Program-made: the position numbers and the translations under genes
Shown here: in pieces, positions 51,201 to 63,204 of the stretch
Layout: the number at the start of each line of letters is the position of its first letter
Numbering within the stretch: the stretch's first letter is position 1
NCBI RefSeq assembly: GCF_963506605.1
Contig: NC_083277.1
Coordinates: 114,452,001 to 114,516,000, forward strand
Direction: 5' to 3'
DNA: 64,000 bases
Source: Zootoca vivipara
Lineage: Eukaryota
Notes under the pieces: model-generated
What the model saw: the letters and a program-made list of their open reading frames with translations, nothing else
The model's database searches: none
Told to the model about the DNA's origin: nothing

Positions 51201-54200
51201 GGTAAAGGACCCCTGGATGGTTAAGTCCAGTCAAAGGCAACTATGGGCTGCAGTGCTCATCTCGCTTTCAGGCTGAGGGAGCCGGCGTTTGTCCACAGAC
51301 AGCTTTCCAGGTCATGTGGCCAGTGTAACGGAACACCGTGACGGAAGTCAGAGTGCACAGAAATGCCGTTTATCTTCCCGCTGCAGTGGTACCTACTTAT
51401 CTACTTGCACTGATGTGCTTTCAAACTGCCAGGTTGGCAGCAGCTGGGACAGAGCAATGGGAGCTCACCCCATCGCGGGAATTCGAACTGCCGACCTTCT
51501 GATCAGCAAGCCCAAGAGGCTCAGTGGTTTAGACCACAATACCAGCAAGTGAGGCTGGGGAGGGGGGAGGCAGTGGAAGGGGGTGGCACCTTCCATTTTT
51601 ACCTCAGGTGGTGAAACAGGACAGGCGACTCCTGTAAGCTACAGTACAGTGGTGTAAGGGAGTGTGGAAAAGGGTGAAGAGCATGTTATCTATTTCTTTG
51701 TTTAAAAACAAACAGGGTGTTGCACATAATAGGTTTCAGCTTGGACATTTAATCACATATCGACTTCTGATCACTTTTTTGTGGGAGGGATTTCCAAACG
51801 ATTTTGATATTTCCCCCCAATTTCTCCCCCCCCCCCATTGTTCTACTTAATAGTGCACCACATCCCACACGCATGGCCACAAATTGCTTCTGAGCTCTGG
51901 GGCGTGGCTGCAATTGTGCATATATCAAATTGTCAAGGGGTGGAGGATGAACACAAGTGGGAGTAATAAAACTAGTGCCTAGGCATGGTAATAGACTGCA
52001 TGAGGACCAACAAACTGAAGCTCAGCACAGACAAGATGGAAGCACTATTGGTGCATCCAGAACACGGTGCAGAAGTTCAGCAGGAAGATACGGAACACAC
52101 ACCGATTACGAAACCAAGCCGTATGCCTGTCTCAGAATTTCTGCAGGGGCCAAGAGTATTGCAGGTGGGATCCCCGATAAGCTTCCCAGTAACATAAAGG
52201 TAAAGGGACCCCTGACCATTAGGTCCAGTCGTGACCGACTCTGGGGTTGCGCGCTCATCTCGCATTATTGGCTGAGGGAGCCGGCGTATAGCTTCCAGGT
52301 CATGTGGCCAGCATGACAAAGCCGCTTCTGGCAAACCAGAGCAGCACATGGAAACACCGTTTACCTTCCCGCTGTAGCGGTTCCTATTTATCTACTTGCA
52401 CTTTGACGTGCTTTCGAACTGCTAGGTTGGCAGGAGCTGGGACCAAGCAACGGGAGCTCACCCCGTCACAGGGATTCGAACCGCCAACCATCTGATCAGC
52501 AAGCCCTAGGCTCAGTGGTTTAACCACAGCGCCACCTGGGTCCTTCCCAGTAACATAATGAGCATTAATAATCATGGATGTTCAATAACAAAAGAGCATC
52601 ATTCAAGAGGGACCCTTTGGCTGTTACACCGACAATACCAAATATTTTAAACAGCCCATATGGACTATTGCAATGCGCTGAAGGAGGGGCTGCCTCTAAA
52701 ACCAGTCCATAGACGTATGCGAGTTTGGCTCATGCCTACTCTGATGCCATTTCAAGCTTTAACTTTTTCAGTCTCTGTGATTTGTATTTTGATTATACAT
52801 TTAAAGTGCTTTTATTTTTATGGAGCTTTTTTTTTTATAAAAAAAGAGCCACCTGGATAACTCTGTTATAGGACCCAGAAGAGGGCTGCTAATGAGGGCC
52901 ATAATCTTTGGGAAAGGTTATATAAGAGAAGGCAGTCCTTTGACAGCTCAGAGTGCAATGTAAACTGCACCTGGGCAGCAGAGAGGCTTAAAAGAGTGGC
53001 AGGGCCGTTGCCACGTTTGCAGCCATGGTGTTCATGCAGGCTGCAGCAAAAGGCAGGGGGCAGCTAGCTTGGGATCCAGCAGATCTTGGGTTGGATCAGT
53101 TCCTCAAACACTTTATTTTGCTGCTTTTCTTAGGCTGCCATCAGCAACACCTCTGCCAGTGGACAGAACAGGAAGCGCTGCCCTGGCAGAGTGGTGCTGA
53201 TGTCACTCCACAGGCAGAAGCTGAGGGAGGCCGGCAGGCCTGGGTGGGGGGACATCAACCAGTCCACCCCCCCAATTTCCCTCAGCTATGCTTAAAGGGG
53301 GGTTCCAATCCTCCCACAAGGCTAGAGCATACCTCATTGTCCATTGGCATGAATGGACAGCACAAGATATATAAGGGAGGAACTAAATAAAATGAATGGC
53401 ACGCGGGTGGTGCTGTGGTCTAAACCACTGAGCCTTGGGCCTGCCGATCAGAAGGTCGGTGGTTCAAATCCCTGCAACAGGGTGAGCTCCCGTTGCTCAG
53501 TCCCAGCTCCTGCCAAACTAGCAGTTCGAAAGCACGCCAAAAAGTGCAAGTAGATTAGTAGGTACCGCTCCGGCGGGAAGGTAAACGGCGTTTCCGTGCG
53601 CTGCTCTCGTGTCAGTGTTCCGTTGTGCCAGAAGCTGCTTAGTCATGCTAGCCACATGACCCGGAAAAACTGTCTGCAGAACGGACAAACACCGGCTCCC
53701 TTGGCCTGTAAAGTGAGATGAGTGCTGCAACCCCAGAGTCGTTCACGACTGGACTTAACTGTCAGGGTCCCTTTACCTTTACCTTTTAAATAAAACGAAG
53801 AGGTGTGACCAGATCTCCTACAGTTTCTTTCAGAATTGAAAATCTGGCACACAAGCAGACTAGCTAGGCACTCTACCGTAAACAGATTAGCTTGTGAGGC
53901 AAAATACATTATTATTATTATTTTACTTCCTGGACCACTGTTAGAAGTATACGGCGAACCCTGAAAGTTGGCCATACCTGAAGTGTACACCACTTAGAAA
54001 CGCTAGCAATTAAGCGGTGTATAAACACATTGGACAAACACACCAATACATAAGAACAACCCCCAAGATTATCTTGTGAGAATGAGCCCTGAAGGCCTTA
54101 CCTTTTCAGAGGCATCCATCCCTTTCCTTACACCTTCCTCAAGCATGATCTGGAATGCTTTCTGCAGGAACTCTTCACCAGCCGCCTTATCCAAGGCAGG

Positions 54201-54227
54201 ACACAACAGGGCATTATGTTCTGCCAT
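35974..54227 (-). CDS. CSAD: Cysteine sulfinic acid decarboxylase (PLP-dependent group II decarboxylase, taurine synthesis); 14 coding exons, 1482 nt, 493 aa
   Basis: Exons in transcription order: 54227-54102, 50866-50740, 49878-49788, 46207-46101, 45411-45296, 44519-44440, 43570-43516, 42604-42488, 41113-41049, 39123-39042, 37497-37298, 37128-37077, 36393-36304 and 36147-35974. All introns GT-AG and in phase. Motifs: [42 protein letters not shown]-lysine WNPHK, C-terminal ERLGRDL. Same length as human CSAD; position between SOAT2 and ZNF740. Confidence 0.97.
36304..36393 (-). CDS. CSAD: CSAD exon ([17 protein letters not shown]...)
   Basis: Conserved translation. Confidence 0.95.
37077..37128 (-). 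CDS. CSAD: CSAD exon ([17 protein letters not shown])
   Basis: Conserved translation. Confidence 0.94.
37298..37497 (-). CDS. CSAD: CSAD exon ([11 protein letters not shown]...[17 protein letters not shown])
   Basis: Inside ORF 37129-37518. Confidence 0.96.
37933..38167. mobile_element. Tc1/mariner/pogo-like MITE
   Basis: TA|CCCTGTTTCTCATATT...AATATGAGAAACACGG|TA. Confidence 0.75.
38663..38753 (+). mobile_element. Bov-B (RTE) LINE 3' end
   Basis: GTCCATGGGGTCACAAAGAGTCGGACACGACT followed by (AAC)n. Confidence 0.8.
39042..39123 (-). CDS. CSAD: CSAD exon with PLP lysine ([20 protein letters not shown])
   Basis: NPHK motif. Confidence 0.96.
40629..40878. mobile_element. hAT-type MITE
   Basis: CAGGGG...CCCTG termini with a perfect 8-bp TSD TTCTAAAT. 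Confidence 0.85.
41049..41113 (-). CDS. CSAD: CSAD exon ([21 protein letters not shown])
   Basis: Conserved translation. Confidence 0.95.
41410..41545. mobile_element. Palindromic hAT-type MITE (many relatives, e.g. ~2536-2673, 32390-32525, ~57140-57290)
   Basis: CAGGCATCCCCAAAC...GTTTGGGGATGCCTG; TSD GGTTATAA/GGTTAGAA. Confidence 0.85.
42488..42604 (-). CDS. CSAD: CSAD exon ([18 protein letters not shown]...WLHVD)
   Basis: Conserved translation. Confidence 0.95.
43516..43570 (-). CDS. CSAD: CSAD exon ([18 protein letters not shown])
   Basis: Conserved translation. Confidence 0.93.
44440..44519 (-). CDS. CSAD: CSAD exon ([18 protein letters not shown]...)
   Basis: PLP-stacking His motif HYS. 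Confidence 0.95.
45223..45276. repeat. (GACA)n microsatellite ~20 bp from a CSAD donor site; other microsatellites: (GT)n 10177-10202, (CA)n 42384-42425, (GGA)n 45015-45040, (CT)n 62762-62791
   Basis: Direct inspection. Confidence 0.95.
45296..45411 (-). CDS. CSAD: CSAD exon ([14 protein letters not shown]...FTSQE)
   Basis: Inside ORF 45128-45439. Confidence 0.95.
46101..46207 (-). CDS. CSAD: CSAD exon ([14 protein letters not shown]...GDGLFSP)
   Basis: Conserved translation. Confidence 0.95.
46229..46604 (+). mobile_element. Probable solo LTR in a CSAD intron
   Basis: CCAAT-like boxes, TATA box (GTATATAAAAG ~46499) and a terminal ...TTTCACA. Left boundary approximate. Confidence 0.45.
47095..48830 (-). 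mobile_element. RTE-clade LINE 3' fragment split by an insertion
   Basis: Minus strand reads [13 protein letters not shown]...EKRAKRK...PHHD | [22 protein letters not shown], an RTE C-terminal zinc knuckle. Another fragment at ~44860-45010. Confidence 0.75.
47264..48495 (-). mobile_element. ~1.23-kb L1-type/L1-mobilised non-autonomous retroposon
   Basis: 17-bp TSD GATCATGGTGTGGATTT at 47247 and 48496; A-rich tail at the left end; GC-rich 5' end GGAGGTTCCGGTTTCCGCCGGCAGGAATGGCGG. Confidence 0.7.
49788..49878 (-). CDS. CSAD: CSAD exon ([20 protein letters not shown]...LNTSQ)
   Basis: CSAD-type FNQLFSG. Confidence 0.95.
50740..50866 (-). CDS. CSAD: CSAD exon ([16 protein letters not shown]...RYSVKT)
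   Basis: Conserved translation; canonical splice sites. Confidence 0.95.
51187..51545 (-). mobile_element. Sauria SINE
   Basis: Same consensus as 10951-11337. Confidence 0.88.
52198..52543 (-). mobile_element. Sauria SINE with 15-bp TSD
   Basis: TSD TTCCCAGTAACATAA on both sides. Confidence 0.92.
53398..53786 (+). mobile_element. Sauria SINE with TSD
   Basis: (ACCTTT)n tail; TSD TAAATAAAATGAA/TAAATAAAACGAA. Confidence 0.92.
54102..54227 (-). CDS. CSAD: CSAD first coding exon ([14 protein letters not shown]...SEK)
   Basis: 42 codons, as in human; GTAAG donor. Confidence 0.9.
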
Positions 54228-54496
54228 TGCCAGCCACACCTCCTATGCAGGTCCTGCAGGTTTGGGCAACGTGAAGCAATAAGTCAGATCACCCTCAAAA
54301 TCCTGTAAAACATTTCTAGATTGTTACGATTAACCGGTATACAATTTCTGTTACATGAATGAACAAACAAACAAACAAATAAAAGTTTTATATCATTTCA
54401 TTAGCGTGTTATATATCCCAGAATACCCTGCAGCGAGTTACTGCAATCTATATCATGTTCCTGATCTAAAACATCACTCTTTACTTTTGCTTGGGG

Positions 54497-54706
54497 AAAG
54501 TTAAAGTTAAAGGTAAAGGACCCCTGACAGTTAAGTCCAGTCGCAAAGGACTCTGGGGTTGCGGCGCTCATCTCACTTTACTGGCCCAGGGAGCTGACAT
54601 TTGTCCGCAGACAGCTTCCGGGTCATGTGGCCAGCAGGACTAAGCCGCTTCTGGCAAAACCAGAGCAGCGCACGGAAATGCCGTTTACCTTCCCGCCGGA
54701 GCGGTA
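54497..54706 (-). mobile_element. Sauria SINE, 5'-truncated
   Basis: AAAGGTAAAGGACCCCTGACAGTTAAGTCCAGTC tail region. Confidence 0.85.
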
Positions 54707-55408
54707 ACAGAATCGTAGTGTTAAAGGAATATCCCTCCCCTCCTTGCATGATTACAGTTCAGAAAAGTTCGCCTCACCCTATCATCTAAAAACGGCAGAC
54801 CCCAGCAAGGTTTTATCCTGCTACAAGTACATATACCACTTTAAAGCCACAAAGGTTAAACACTTACTGTACTTTAAATAAATTGGAAATTGATATTTTA
54901 AGGAGAATAAATTCTGTGCCAACCATCACATTCTATACCACCCTAATGATTACTACTGTAGAGTCACCTCCCTCTGGCCCTGGTTGTAGCTTGATGGTTT
55001 TATCACCCAAAGTGCCACTCATTTGACCAGACCTCTTTGCTGTTTCTCTCTAGTTTTTCTTTGTGGTGACTCTCCTTTGGTGTCCAGCAGCCCTCTGCTC
55101 TCCAAACAGTATTCAGGACGACTTCCTTGCTTTCCCCCGAGGGATAATTCCAGAAAGAGCATTAACTCCACTCCTTCGGTCTCTTCTAAAACCAAGCTCT
55201 AGTTAGCTGTGAAAACTCTTACACAGATAGATCACCTTGCAGAGGTTTTTTTCCCATGTCACTGGAATGTGGCTGGGGGTGGACAGCAGACATTACGCCC
55301 AATTGCTATGGTTACCTGCTCAATCCTGCACGGATCTCCACTGATTTCAGGGACAAAGTACAAAGGCAGTATAACCTGTGCTACACTGACAAGTATCATT
55401 ATGTACAC

Positions 55409-55588
55409 CAGGGGTAGTCAAACTTTTTATACCTACCGCACACTAATGCATCTTTCTTGATGGTAAAATTTCCTTACCGCCCACCAGTGCTTGATGGGTT
55501 CAGCTTGTGCTGTAGAACCACCTACTGCCCACTCGGAATCCTGAAACACTCACTAGTGGGCGGGTAGGGACCAGGTTGACAACCCCTG
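55409..55588. mobile_element. hAT-type MITE
   Basis: CAGGGGT...ACCCCTG with a perfect 8-bp TSD ATGTACAC. Confidence 0.85.
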
Positions 55589-56376
55589 ATGTACACCATG
55601 GGAGTGGAGATTTATACGTACGAACCAGGCAGGCAGGTGTGCTTCTCATGTCAGAAAAGCAATTTATTTCAGGTACTGAGCTGCTTTGTTTTGTTTTGTT
55701 TTGCTTAGCCCTAAAAGTTCAGGATGAGTCCTGCTAAGGGCTTTTTGAGATGCCAAAGAAAGCACTTGCAACCATATTTGTCAATAGCAGCATTAGCTGC
55801 ATAGCTGCCAAGTTCTCCCTTTTTTTTAAGGGAAATTCCCTTATGCTGAATAGGCTTCCTCGCGAGAAAAGGGAAAACTTGGCAGCTTTGGTTAGCTGTG
55901 TGCCTACAGTTGTTCTACATCTCCTATTCTCACCTAGTAGGGGCAGTATGTGAGAATAGGGTTGCCAGTTCTGTGCCTGAGCTTTATCAGCAGCTGGATC
56001 TCTATTTGTTTGGTTGTAAGTCGCTTAGTGCTGCCCTGAAGTGAAAAGCTTCACCAACTGACTTTGAGGAAGCCCAGGAGTAAGGAATATTGAAATTAAC
56101 TGGAGGATTGTGCAATTCTTGTAAGTGACCAGTTTGTGTCCTGTAGGACAGGATGTCCTCGGCCTTATCTGACTTGCAGAACCATAAAATAAATTGTTAT
56201 TGGCTTTTACTGTTGCCCCACACCTAGTCCTGTGTTTATAGCAAATTACGTAGTTCTCCTTCCTCACAATTCACTTGAGGCAGGGATATTTCAACAACAG
56301 AGTTTTAAAGTTGTGACAAAGTGGTGGGTTTTCTAGATTAGAACATGCTTCACTCTTCACTCTCACAGTTAAAAAG

Positions 56377-56430
56377 TGCTATCCAGTTAAATAATACTGA
56401 ATTTGCTATCCAGTTAAATAATACTGAATT
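56377..56430. repeat. Perfect 27-bp tandem duplication
   Basis: TGCTATCCAGTTAAATAATACTGAATT x2. Confidence 0.9.
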
Positions 56431-57799
56431 TGAGCCCAACGATTTTGATGAGTCTATTCCAAGTATTATTTGGTTGACTATCACCCTACGTGTATATCTA
56501 TTTTTTTTAACAGTTCCCTGAACAAAGGGCGAACAGTCCCTTCTTGCAACTGCAGGAAAGCTCAGGTAAGAGTCATCAGGGGTGCTTTTGGGGGCAATGC
56601 AGGTTGCCCCCGATGCATCAGTACACTCACGATGCCTTCATTACCCCGTACAGTAGCAGACAAAGACCAATCGTAAACAGTCGTAAATTCTTCCTGTAAG
56701 ACCAAATGCAGCCATAAACAGTCTGGCCCCTCCCCATCCTCTCACTATATGTGGGGATCTGGTAACTTCTGTTTCAGTGTATCTGAAGAAGTGTGCATGC
56801 ACACGAAAGCTCATACCAATGACAAACTTAGTTGGTCTCTAAGGTGCTACTGGAAGGAATTTTTTTATTTTGTTTAGACAAAGACCAAGTTCATCATGTG
56901 ACAGCTTCTGACTGATCAGCTTGAATTTTTGCATAAGAAGCGGTTTTTTCAGATGCTTCTGCTTCTCCTAACAAGGAACCAGACAAATTGCATCTGAGCT
57001 GTCCCAAGGTGGAATACCTACGCATCAATGAGCATACCTAAGTTGAGACAGATGAAAATACACAAAACGACATTCAATAAAGATCCATATGCAAGGTTAA
57101 GAAGTGCAGGTTTAAAGCATATGAGAGCAGATTGCGGAAAACAAGGGATGTGGAACCTGTGGACCACCAGATGTTGTTGGACTACAATTCCTATCATCCC
57201 TATCTAGCAGGACCAGGGGCCAGGGATGATGGGAAATGTCTTCCCAAAACAGCTGGAGACCCATATTTGGAAAACCCTGGACTACACCATCCCTGACCAT
57301 TGGTAATAGATTATGGGTTTTGTAGTCCACCAGCATCTGGAAGATCACAGGTTCCTCATACTTGCTGAGTAACCCAGGAGAGAGCATGTCAGGGATATCC
57401 CACCCCCACCCCCCTTCTTAAATAAAGTGTAGTAACTGATTGGATGATGATAATAAAAAAGAATCACAGAGTTGTAGAGTTGAAAGGGTCCCCTAGGGTC
57501 AGTCCAACCCCCTGCAATGCAGGACTCAACACAGAATCATACAATTGTGGAAGGTACAAGGCAAAGCCTTCCTTCCTTTGCATCTGGTCATTGCAGGTCA
57601 TTGCCTATGGGCTACTGTGAATCAAAGCTCAGAATGCTGAAAGAACAGGATGCTGCTAAGCATACACAGAGTGCTTTCCTCTTGGTATAACCCAGCTTCT
57701 CCCAACAAATCGGGGGATTTAGGAGGCAGCGCTTCCTAAATCAGAGGATGAAGGAGCTTCAATAGAGGCGCCTCTAATTTGACAATTCAGCGGACCAAG

Positions 57800-58800
57800 G
57801 GGCTTCTGACCCGTCAATGGACTACAACTCCCGTCAACCATCGCGGCTGATGGGAGCTGGAGTCCAACAGCGGACCACAGGTTGTCTATGCCCTGCGGCA
57901 GACAACTCAAGCAGGCCTTCTCGGAAACACCTAAGAAAGCGAGGGAGAGCCGGGAATGTATGGGCTGCCCTCCGCCGTACCTTAAAGGAGCCTTTCCCTC
58001 ATCACCTGCTTTTCTAGCCACTTTCCTTTGCCTCTCTTTCCTGCCCCTACCAAGATGGCGGCGGCTGGCGCACAAACACGGAGCGCCGGCAATGCGCGTG
58101 CGCAAAGCCATCACCCCACCCTCAACGGAAGTGATTGCCCTGTGCGTCTGTACCGGGTTCCGACGCTTCCGCTTCCGGGGTGGCGGCGGCGGGCGGCTGT
58201 GGAGGCCGGGAGGGCTCGGCGGCGGAGGTGCCTGGGCGCGAATTTGCCTCCCCGGGAGAAGCGGGAGCCGAAACAGCGGGAGTGGAGCTTCAGGTGCGGC
58301 CTTGGGGGCTCCGAGAGGAGAGTTACGGGGCGGGGGGGGGCACGAGCGCGAGGCTGGCCCGCGGCGACGGAGCCGCTGGCGGGACCCCCTGCAAGGAGCC
58401 CGTTCTTGGCGAGCCCTCGCGGGAAGCCGGTTTTCCCTCTTGCTCCCGGGCACGCGCGACCCGCGTGCGCGGCTGCTGTGGCGCTTGCACGGTTTTTTGT
58501 GTTTTGTTTTGCACACGACCTTCTCGCTCGCTGGGTTCCCCGCTGCGCACCTGCCCCCCACGCCTTGCACCCCGTTGGTGCCTGGAACTCCTCGTGCATT
58601 TTTTAGTTTTATTTTTTGCAGTAAGGAGAAGGGATTTTATTTTAATTTTTGTGAGGGGGTGGGGAGGCAGTTGTCCTTTAAAACTGATGGCCGAGCAACG
58701 ACTCAGGAGGCCGCTGCTTTTGAATTTTTTGCATCTGCCACAAAAGCGCAGGACCTCTCGTTCAAGGCACCCCGCTAGCCCATCTGCAGGAGGCGGATAA
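57800..58800. promoter_or_regulatory. CpG-island bidirectional promoter shared by CSAD (-) and ZNF740 (+)
   Basis: Very CpG-rich. YY1 CAAGATGGCGGC at 58051, NRF1 TGCGCGTGCGCA at 58093-58104, ETS/GABPA CGGAAGTG at 58126 and tandem CTTCCG ~58166, ZNF143-type ACTACAACTCCC at 57821. Candidate non-coding first-exon donors: - strand at 57980 (AAG|GTACGG), + strand at 58294 (CAG|GTGCGG). Confidence 0.8.
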
Positions 58801-61800
58801 TAACGCTGACACACGTGCGGGCAGTCACGCTTTTTAAGCACCTCATCAATAGGAAACGATTTTGTTCCCCATCTTCATATCCCAGGCTTTATCCAAGCAA
58901 CGGAGGGGGATTGTGCAGAGGTGGAATTCATCTCTACTTTCTTAATTCACATAACCTGGTGAGACATAAAAGGTTTTCAAGGCTAGGGCTGCATCAGCAA
59001 TGTTACATTTCTACATCGGAGTAGTATTTCCATGCAGGAATTAATATGACGATTAGAACATGGGATGCTATGTGCTGGGTTTTGGTGGGTGTGTAAAGGA
59101 GTGGGGCTGTGCACAGAAAGAGCCATATGTGTGACTGAGATTGCTCTCCTTTATGTTTGAAATGGCTTCCCAGAACTTCTCTCAAATTGTGATGCCCACT
59201 TTTGCCACAGAGTTCTTGTCTGATTCTGTAGTGTCAAATGCCAAACACAGCAACTTCTAATTATCTTTGCAGATACAGTACTTGTTCCTTGTTGCTCCCC
59301 TTTCTCTCATTCTTCTTCATTTCCTTTCCCTCACGTCCTGAAATTTGCAACAGAATTACATTGTGAGCTGGTTAGGGCAATTTTCCTTATGACACCAACA
59401 GTATGCATGTTGGTGGTGATGTGTAAGTTAAATTTTTTGAACATTATAATCTTTATGCAGGTTTTATATCAATCCTTACACAGCAACAGAATTTAGTAAA
59501 ACACAAGGAGTTCTTGCACAGAACTATAAAGGGTGTTACTTAATGTTGTTTAAGGATCTCAACAACTTGGAGCTGAATATAAACACACAGCTTGTCTTAA
59601 TAAAATAAAAATAATAAAATAAAAGCAATTGCCCTTTTACATGAAGATTTATGTAAAATAAAATAGTATAATAAAATAGTTTGCTGGTAGTATTAGCCTA
59701 TACCTGGGGCTGTTGAGGCCCTCAAACTTTTAATGTTGTTCCCACCCTGAATCAGTGCTAGAAACTGAGAAATGAAATCTAGGAGCTAAATGACACCTTA
59801 AACCTAGGTTAGGGGTGCAACAACAGAATGTCTAGGCATACTTTTTAATAACAAGAATACAAAGCTGAAAATGAATGAACTGCAGCTAAAATTTTACAGT
59901 ATGTTCATTTTTCACATGGTCTAGTCCTTCCCCTGCCCGCCCACCCCTTATATTCTTAAGAGGGTCTCTTCCCCAGTCTTCAGGGAGTAGCTGGAAGTGG
60001 GGAGGCAGAAAAAGATCCTCCTTTCCTTCCTCGCTGCAGTTTTTAATCTGAAATCTTAGGCACAGTTCTGTGCCCAGAGCTCAGAAACTGCCGGCCATAA
60101 TGGAATTCCCTGTCGCAAAATGCACCTAGAACAAGGGGAGTTTTGAATACTGCCCCAAACAAATGCATAGGAAGACATGCTCCCATAAAAAATGCTGTCC
60201 AAACTACGTGAGATTTTTCAGTTGAGGGCAGAGGGATTTCTGGACATGAGATGCTAGTCATCCACGCTATGGAAGAGCAAAGGAAGAGGTACGTCTCTAG
60301 CTGGTACTAGAAGGTAGTGATTTATTTTGTGAAGGTTGCTCAATACAACCATAGGTCCTCCTCAGCAAGAAAAGTGTCTTCAATCTATCCTGTTCCACTA
60401 AAGTAAAAATATGCTCAATGTACCCGGAAGTACCTTTGGTAGCAAATTACTACCTTCTAGCACTACCTTGTGTTTCACCTTGCCCTTCGCTCTTCAGGTT
60501 TTTTTGGTATCATTTTCTCTCTGCACACAATGTATATTTGCCATCTTGTGTGCTGCTAATATTTATTTCTCTGTGTAAAACATTGTAGATAGTTATTTGG
60601 TTACTTAACGTAGACATGCATGGCCATTCAGTTACCTATGGTAATGCTAACTTAAACAGTTACAGTGGAACCTCTGTTTTCGAACGTAATTCATTCCAGA
60701 AGTGCGTTCGACTTCCAAAACGTTCAAAAACCGAAGCTGGTTGGCTTCCAAGGCGCGTTCGAAAATGGAAGCATTCACTGCTGGGTTTTCGGCGATCAGC
60801 TTCCGAATTGTTCGGCATCTGAGACGTTCAAAAACCGAGGTTGGACTGTACTCTAGATTCACCCTTGTATGTGAAGCGTTAGATGTTTCACCTGGCAATT
60901 TACCGTTTTGTTACGTTTAAGAGTAGCGCTTTATAGGATTCAAAGTTACTTTAAAATTTTATTTCTTATTATGCTTTGATAATCAATTATAATTCTGTGT
61001 GCATCAGTATTTAGGAGTTTTGAGACCATAGAGAAAGCTGCAGAGATTAGCTGGGTTTGGATGTTACGGTGATTTCATATGTTGGTTGGCAGTGGACACT
61101 TGCCCTGTAAATCAACTGCTTCACTGTGAATCACTGAACATTGGATTTTGATCCAGGCATCCATTTCTTATAGGGGATTGTATATAATGTGCTCACACGT
61201 GATTTCTGAAGATGTCCCTATATATAGATTGCTCAGTCAAAGAAGTGAACCCTGGACTGCAAAATGTAACATGTGGATCTGCCCTTGCTTTGCAAGCCTG
61301 GACAATTGCTTAATTGCTGTAGATCAGTATCTTGCTATGCAAGGTTTTTTTTTAATGTGATTAGGTTCAGGTGCAAATGCTTATACTAGTGTTGTGTTGT
61401 GGAGCAAGATGTTGCCGTAGTGTAGCAAATTTCCCCAGCTGTTGGCACCAGTGCAGCAGTTCAAGACACCACACAAGGTTTTTTGCATGAATGAGATGCG
61501 AATTAAAAGTGGTTACGTCGTTTGAAAGTGGGGGTGGCAACAGGAAGCAGAAATTTATTCATACCATTTGTGGTACAGGAAAATGAAACACCATTGTAAT
61601 CATATTGTTTAACAACAACAACACCCCGCCCATCTGGGCGGCTTACAGCACATATAAAAACATAGTAAATAGTCAAAAATTAAAAACTTCCTGCAAACAG
61701 TTGCACCCAGTGCTAGTCCTACACAAAGTAGACACATTGAAGTTAATAGCCATGACTTAACTTAGTTACATTAATTTTAGTGGGTCAACTCTGAGTAGGA

Positions 61801-62753
61801 CTAGCATTGGCTACAACCCTAAATCCAAAACATGATTGCCAACCAAGGCCTGCAATTTGTACAAGCCAGAGAATACTAACAAGGAACAACTTTTTTTTAT
61901 CAACCTTTTAAACAGCAGTAGTTTACTCCAGCAGTAAAGTCTTTCAGTTCTGTACTGTTTGTGCTGTTCTCCACTTTGTCCCCATGCTGAGAACTAAAGT
62001 AGCATCACAGTCCTTTTAATGAGCAAAGGGTTGCGGGAAGAAGCATTCTGGGGGACACTCTCCAACTACCGTATTTCTACTTGAGGATAGAAGTGGTTAA
62101 ACTCTATTCACCCTAGCTCCCTTAAACCTTTCAAGGTCAAACAGTAAACCACTACTGGCCAAGTGTGAATTGTCTGATGGTAGGAGTACACCCAGTAGTT
62201 AAACCAGTGGTGAACTGTCTGTGAACACACCCTATCAAGTTTTCCCTGCTACAAATGCTGATGCAGCAACAGCCATTTTTTGCAGGCATCCATAGAATGT
62301 GACTGCCTGAAGTTCCCACTGAGGTGTAGGGAGGGTTCTTTACTTTTAACCTCCCTGCCTTACCCAACACAATCTCATGTCTTAAGATATTCAGATGAGG
62401 CCTTGCTTTACTTTAACTCATTGGTAGACGTTCAGAAGAAGGCTGGTGGGCCTACAGCCTTTTCCATAATGGCATCCCTGTCTCTGTGTCTCCCTGTCAA
62501 AAGAAGCCGCCTAACAAACTCCCTCCTGATCATTAGATGATCAGCCATATCTTGGTTGCTGAGGAAGGTTGAAGGCTCCCTGAGAGCGAGCAAGACTGGT
62601 TTCTTGGGCATTTTTTGTGTGATGGATTTTACCTGTGCTTGCTTAATAGGTACTGTTTGTCTTTTGTATGTGTGTCTGTTCCTGCATGGTAATATTGAGC
62701 CATGCATATTTTTTTGCTTGCTTCAAAGTGTCTTTGATCAATGTCTCTCAGTC

Positions 62754-62795
<42 letters not shown>

Positions 62796-63204
62796 CTGAA
62801 ATAAATAAATGGTTCAATAAACCTATCTTCTGGATTAACCCACAGGTTGAAATTAGAAGAGAAGCAGCAATACTGTGGCAGCTGTGCTACGGTAGGAGGA
62901 CTTGGCATCCTATCCCCATCCTGAAGGCAGATTTAGGTTTGGGGTAACTCATCCACAAGAGCAGCACAGCCTGTAGCTTTCATCAGCTTTTGACAGGGCT
63001 GGGGAAACTTTCTGTGCGCAAATTCTGGGCACTCCCGACTCCAGAAAGATGTCGACAAAGTGGAAGGTATTGGACGGGACCAACGCAGAAACAATTTACT
63101 GAAAAATCTTTGTAGTCGTAAAATTCTTTCCTGGGCAAGAGAGAGAGAGAAAAGCATAAGGACTTGGCGTAAATCTACGTATTGAGGACTATCAGACTAA
63201 CGCG

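Noticed and set aside
35974-54227. Alternative identity as GAD1/GAD2/GADL1
   Set aside because: The short N-terminus, 493-aa length, [11 protein letters not shown] motif and SOAT2/ZNF740 synteny all point to CSAD.
57719-58841. Several long overlapping ORFs (up to 298 aa) on both strands
   Set aside because: Low-complexity Arg/Gly/Pro/Ala translations are expected from a stop-poor CpG island; no recognisable domain.
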